Shown piece after piece: positions 60,591-64,000 of a stretch of DNA of 64,000 nt (the first letter of the stretch is position 1; each line of letters starts with the position of its first letter). Below the pieces are notes generated by a model, which was not told the origin of the DNA, searched no databases, and saw only the letters and a list, made by a program, of their open reading frames with translations. The DNA is from Lingula anatina (taxonomy: Eukaryota > Animalia > Brachiopoda). A program made the translations under genes and the position numbers. The stretch lies in assembly GCA_051362555.1 (NCBI GenBank), contig CM120640.1:45734788-45798787 (forward strand), written 5' to 3'.

Positions 60591-63500
60591 GTGAAGTGGA
60601 GGCACGTTTCTTTGGCTGCTTATAGTCACATATGTGTTTTTTTATGTATTTGGATTGCAAGCACATGTTTGTTGAGGCAGGCTCAATTTGACTTCTGCAA
60701 CCAACTCATAAGAACCTGCAGTAAATAAGCAGTAGTTGGTTTTGTCTTTGTTTGTTTCTTCCAGATTTGAGATTGATATCAATGTGGTATGTCATATATT
60801 TTGACACTTTTTATGCCTTCCTGAAACAAGAGTGTGGAGTAACTATTTATTACCGTTAATGAAATATGTCTTCTAAAGTAAGACTTGTAAATAAGTACTC
60901 ACTAAATATGATGATACTGTTAGACAGTAATAGAAAAAAAGAAACGTATTATGTCATAAATGATATTATTGTGAAAAAGACTTGTTTGAAACAGTGTTCA
61001 CTCAAGCTTGTCGGCGGAACTTTTTGAGACAAAAACAGTTTCCTACAGACAGCCATAATACAAAGGTCTTAAATTCTCGACTGAGATCAACTAACTAAGC
61101 TAACAACACTGCCACTTTTGATTGCTGCCTACAGGGCAGTGTATTTCAAGAAATTAAAGGAACATGCACTCTGTCTTGTTTTCTATGCCCCTGCGTGTGC
61201 TGAGCATGAAGTCGAGCCAAAGTTAACAGGCTTGCCATTTCAGCCAGGTTTGTCTCTAATGATGTTGTTTTCTCAGAACATGAACTCCAGACCTGCTGGA
61301 AAAAAAGGAGGGGGGGGGGGGAATCTGAAGGCTTTTCCACATGGAAGCTGGCTTTAAATCGGTTAAATCACTAGCACCTTCCTAGTATGCTAGACCCATG
61401 TTGGTATACACTAGCCATGTGTTGTTCCATGTAGAATTAGTGTTGTCCAATTGAATCCAATGGGTTTTGGCCAAGTTTACAACATAAGCCAGAAGGTCAG
61501 ATGTTCTTTTCATTAAAACTCTTGTACCAACAGGTATCAGTTGGGCTTTTTTTCTTGTCCATTTGTCTGTGCACCAGGTGTTGATATAACAGTTGGACAT
61601 CTCCTTGGGTAATGCTTAAATCAAGAGTTCTCCCCAGTCTTCTGTTGCCTAACTATTTTATTGGGGTGAATTTCATTTCTGGATATTTGATTTCTGGCAA
61701 ATCAAAGTCGTGTTAAAATTAATGAAGTCAAGTGACGCACAGCCAGGGAATTTGTCGGTCCAGTGGGTAGTTCTTTGGCTGCAGTTTAGTTACCTGACTT
61801 GGTATGCGTGTAGGCAGTGACGCTGTTTATTATTCCTGCTGTTTCATTCATTCAATGCAGTCCAGCTAGTCATGTGTATGAAAAGTACTTAATTAGTATC
61901 TGAGAACTCCTTAATCCATGAGAACCAAAGATATATGAACATATTTATTTTATATAATAATAAGTGTTAATTTTGCTTACAGAGCATGCTTGCATATGCT
62001 TCTTTTTTTTAAAATAGATTTTTCTCATAATAAGAAATGTAAATAAGAACATTATCCTGAGCACACTTTATAGTAAGTGTGATTGATCAGAAAAAATTAC
62101 CATTTTACAACTTGGGTAACCATCATTTTACTGTAAGTTAAAGATCAAAATTAGGTCAATGTGACCTGGTTTATAGAAAAGATAGAATATTTATTTTCTT
62201 CTCAAAAGATCAAACAGTTTCTCTGTAAGATGTTAAGAATGTCAAGTACCTTTGCTTCTGTACAAATAGGAGAGTAATCTCTTTAGCCACATAAAAGGGC
62301 AAAAAAGCTTAAAGAATCTTGTTGTAATGTATGATTATGTCCTCAGGTCAAAAAAGGTTGCATTACACGGATAGCAGGCGAATAAGGAAAAGCTTAAGAA
62401 CAATCTCATTAACAGAGCTTCTTAATCGAAATGTACTTCCTGGGGCTTCATTAATTCAGCATATAATGTGCAATTTGTAAACTTGAAAGAAACATGAAGA
62501 AATTGGAGCCAAATTGAAAAGGTCACCCAATATGTGGAATTCATGGTGTTCGACATGATTTTGGGTAATCAACAGCATTTTCCACAGTAGATTAAGAGAA
62601 GATGGGTTTTGGTTTTGGGTTGAACTTGTATTTCTGACACTGGGGTGAAGCCGCAAAAATGTGATTTGGATTAGGTGTTGGGTTAAGCAGGTCAGAGAGG
62701 GTGATTACAGTCACCCCATACTGCTAGTCTAAAAGTTACAACTGTGGATGTTTTCTGTGGAGTGAGAGAACTAAGTCTGTCTTTGTGTAGAACATTTTTT
62801 AAACATGCAATATAATGTTAAAATGGGCTGGTGTAAGCATTTAAGAAACTTTGTGATGACATGGTAGGCAGACAGAACTATTTATAGTGTAATATTTGAA
62901 TTCTCAACATAGCAGTAAAGGTGATAGAATTCAGAGTTGATAGAGTCAAGTAGTGTCCATCTTATCAATATATATGTAGTTCCATCTGATACAGGATGAA
63001 TACACAATGAACCGCAAAGAACACATATATTACAAGCACCTTAGGCATCTGGAATGATATTTCAGTTGCTCCAAACAGTAGAAGAGAAGATACAAGTACA
63101 GTGTTTTTAGATCATGAACTATAGACTAGAATGTCAGCATTAAAATGGTATTTGGTCTTATAAACGCAGTAGGCTGCAGTTTTTGGCACCCAGACTCCAG
63201 CATCAGAAGTCAATTTTCCTTCCCAGGTGGGGAAGGGTGATGGCCGATTAAACCTAACTAGAAAAAACACTCACAAGAGAAACCCGAGAAGACCTTTGTT
63301 GATACTGCTCATAAAAAATCAACACATCAGTACAAAAAAAGCAGATCTGGAAGACTGGCAAAATATGATCTTAGCGTTATGGTATTGTTATTTAGTGTCT
63401 TTGGGTGCCTGACGCTTCATCACCTCCAGTTCTAGATGAAATGCTGTGCAGGTCATTAGGAACCCTCAAGCCACTTGAACATTGCTTTTACGCAGATAAA

Positions 63501-63909
63501 AGTGGTAGCCTTGGAAATATCACCGAGGAATCTGTTTGTTGAAATGATTAAAAGAATATTTTTTCAAACTGCTCAAAAACAATATGTGCCAGATGTGGGG
63601 TAATATTGAGTAAGCAAAAGCATCCGTTCTTAGGACCCTGCTGTGGTGTCAGAAGTTGGAATTATATTTTGTTCCACAATTATTTGCTGCATTCCTTTAT
63701 CATGAGTCCTTGATCTTACTGAGAGTTTTCCTCTGTCAATCTGTTTAGTGTACTGCTTCTCATTATTTTTGAGGGGTTGTGAATCAATCGTTATCATTTG
63801 ATGTGTTTTTCTCTCTGTGTATATGTGTATATGTGTATGTATATGTGTTTTAAGTTCCCTGGCTAAACACAATTTCACTCCAATTATAATTATTGACCTT
63901 TATTTACAG

Positions 63910-64000
63910 GCCAAATCTGTGGGTCAGCAAAGTCCTCAGGACATGGGGCAGCCTCTGGACAAACCAAAGATGATCCCAAAAGCTGTGTCCTTCATTATAG
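63910..64000 (+). CDS. Probable further exon of the RCC1-repeat gene, truncated by the window edge
   Basis: Acceptor tattgacctttatttacag (branch-like ttgac) followed by an abrupt rise in GC. Open in two frames to the end of the window. Confidence 0.6.

Noticed and set aside
4032-64000. Naming the gene RPGR, HERC or UVR8-like; KSCVLH near 63980 as a CAAX box
   Set aside because: RCC1 repeats alone do not establish orthology, and CVLH is followed by Tyr rather than a stop codon.

Overview
AT-rich, intron-rich animal genomic DNA; the repeat types suggest a marine invertebrate such as a mollusc (inference). Almost the whole window is one plus-strand multi-exon gene. I reconstructed it by hand from GT-AG junctions with consistent codon phase. 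It encodes an acidic N-terminal region, seven consecutive RCC1 repeats (a complete 7-blade RCC1-like propeller, exons 4032-43352), and a Glu-rich, low-complexity C-terminal half: 915 codons up to the donor at 58141, with the gene probably continuing past the window. The 3' half has an unusually rich set of candidate alternative exons: two frame-preserving microexons (27 and 24 nt) with neural-type splicing motifs, a read-through stop, a Cys-cluster/basic terminal exon, and a tandemly duplicated 49-nt exon pair with silent-site divergence. The first coding intron holds a 4.3-kb Sola2-like DNA transposon (TIRs, 4-bp TSD, decayed transposase) with a Helentron-type non-autonomous element carrying tandem repeats nested inside it. 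Two PIF/Harbinger-type MITEs, microsatellites and a minisatellite are also present. No prokaryotic features, CRISPR arrays, rRNA or intact tRNA genes were recognised. All gene models are predictions without transcript support.
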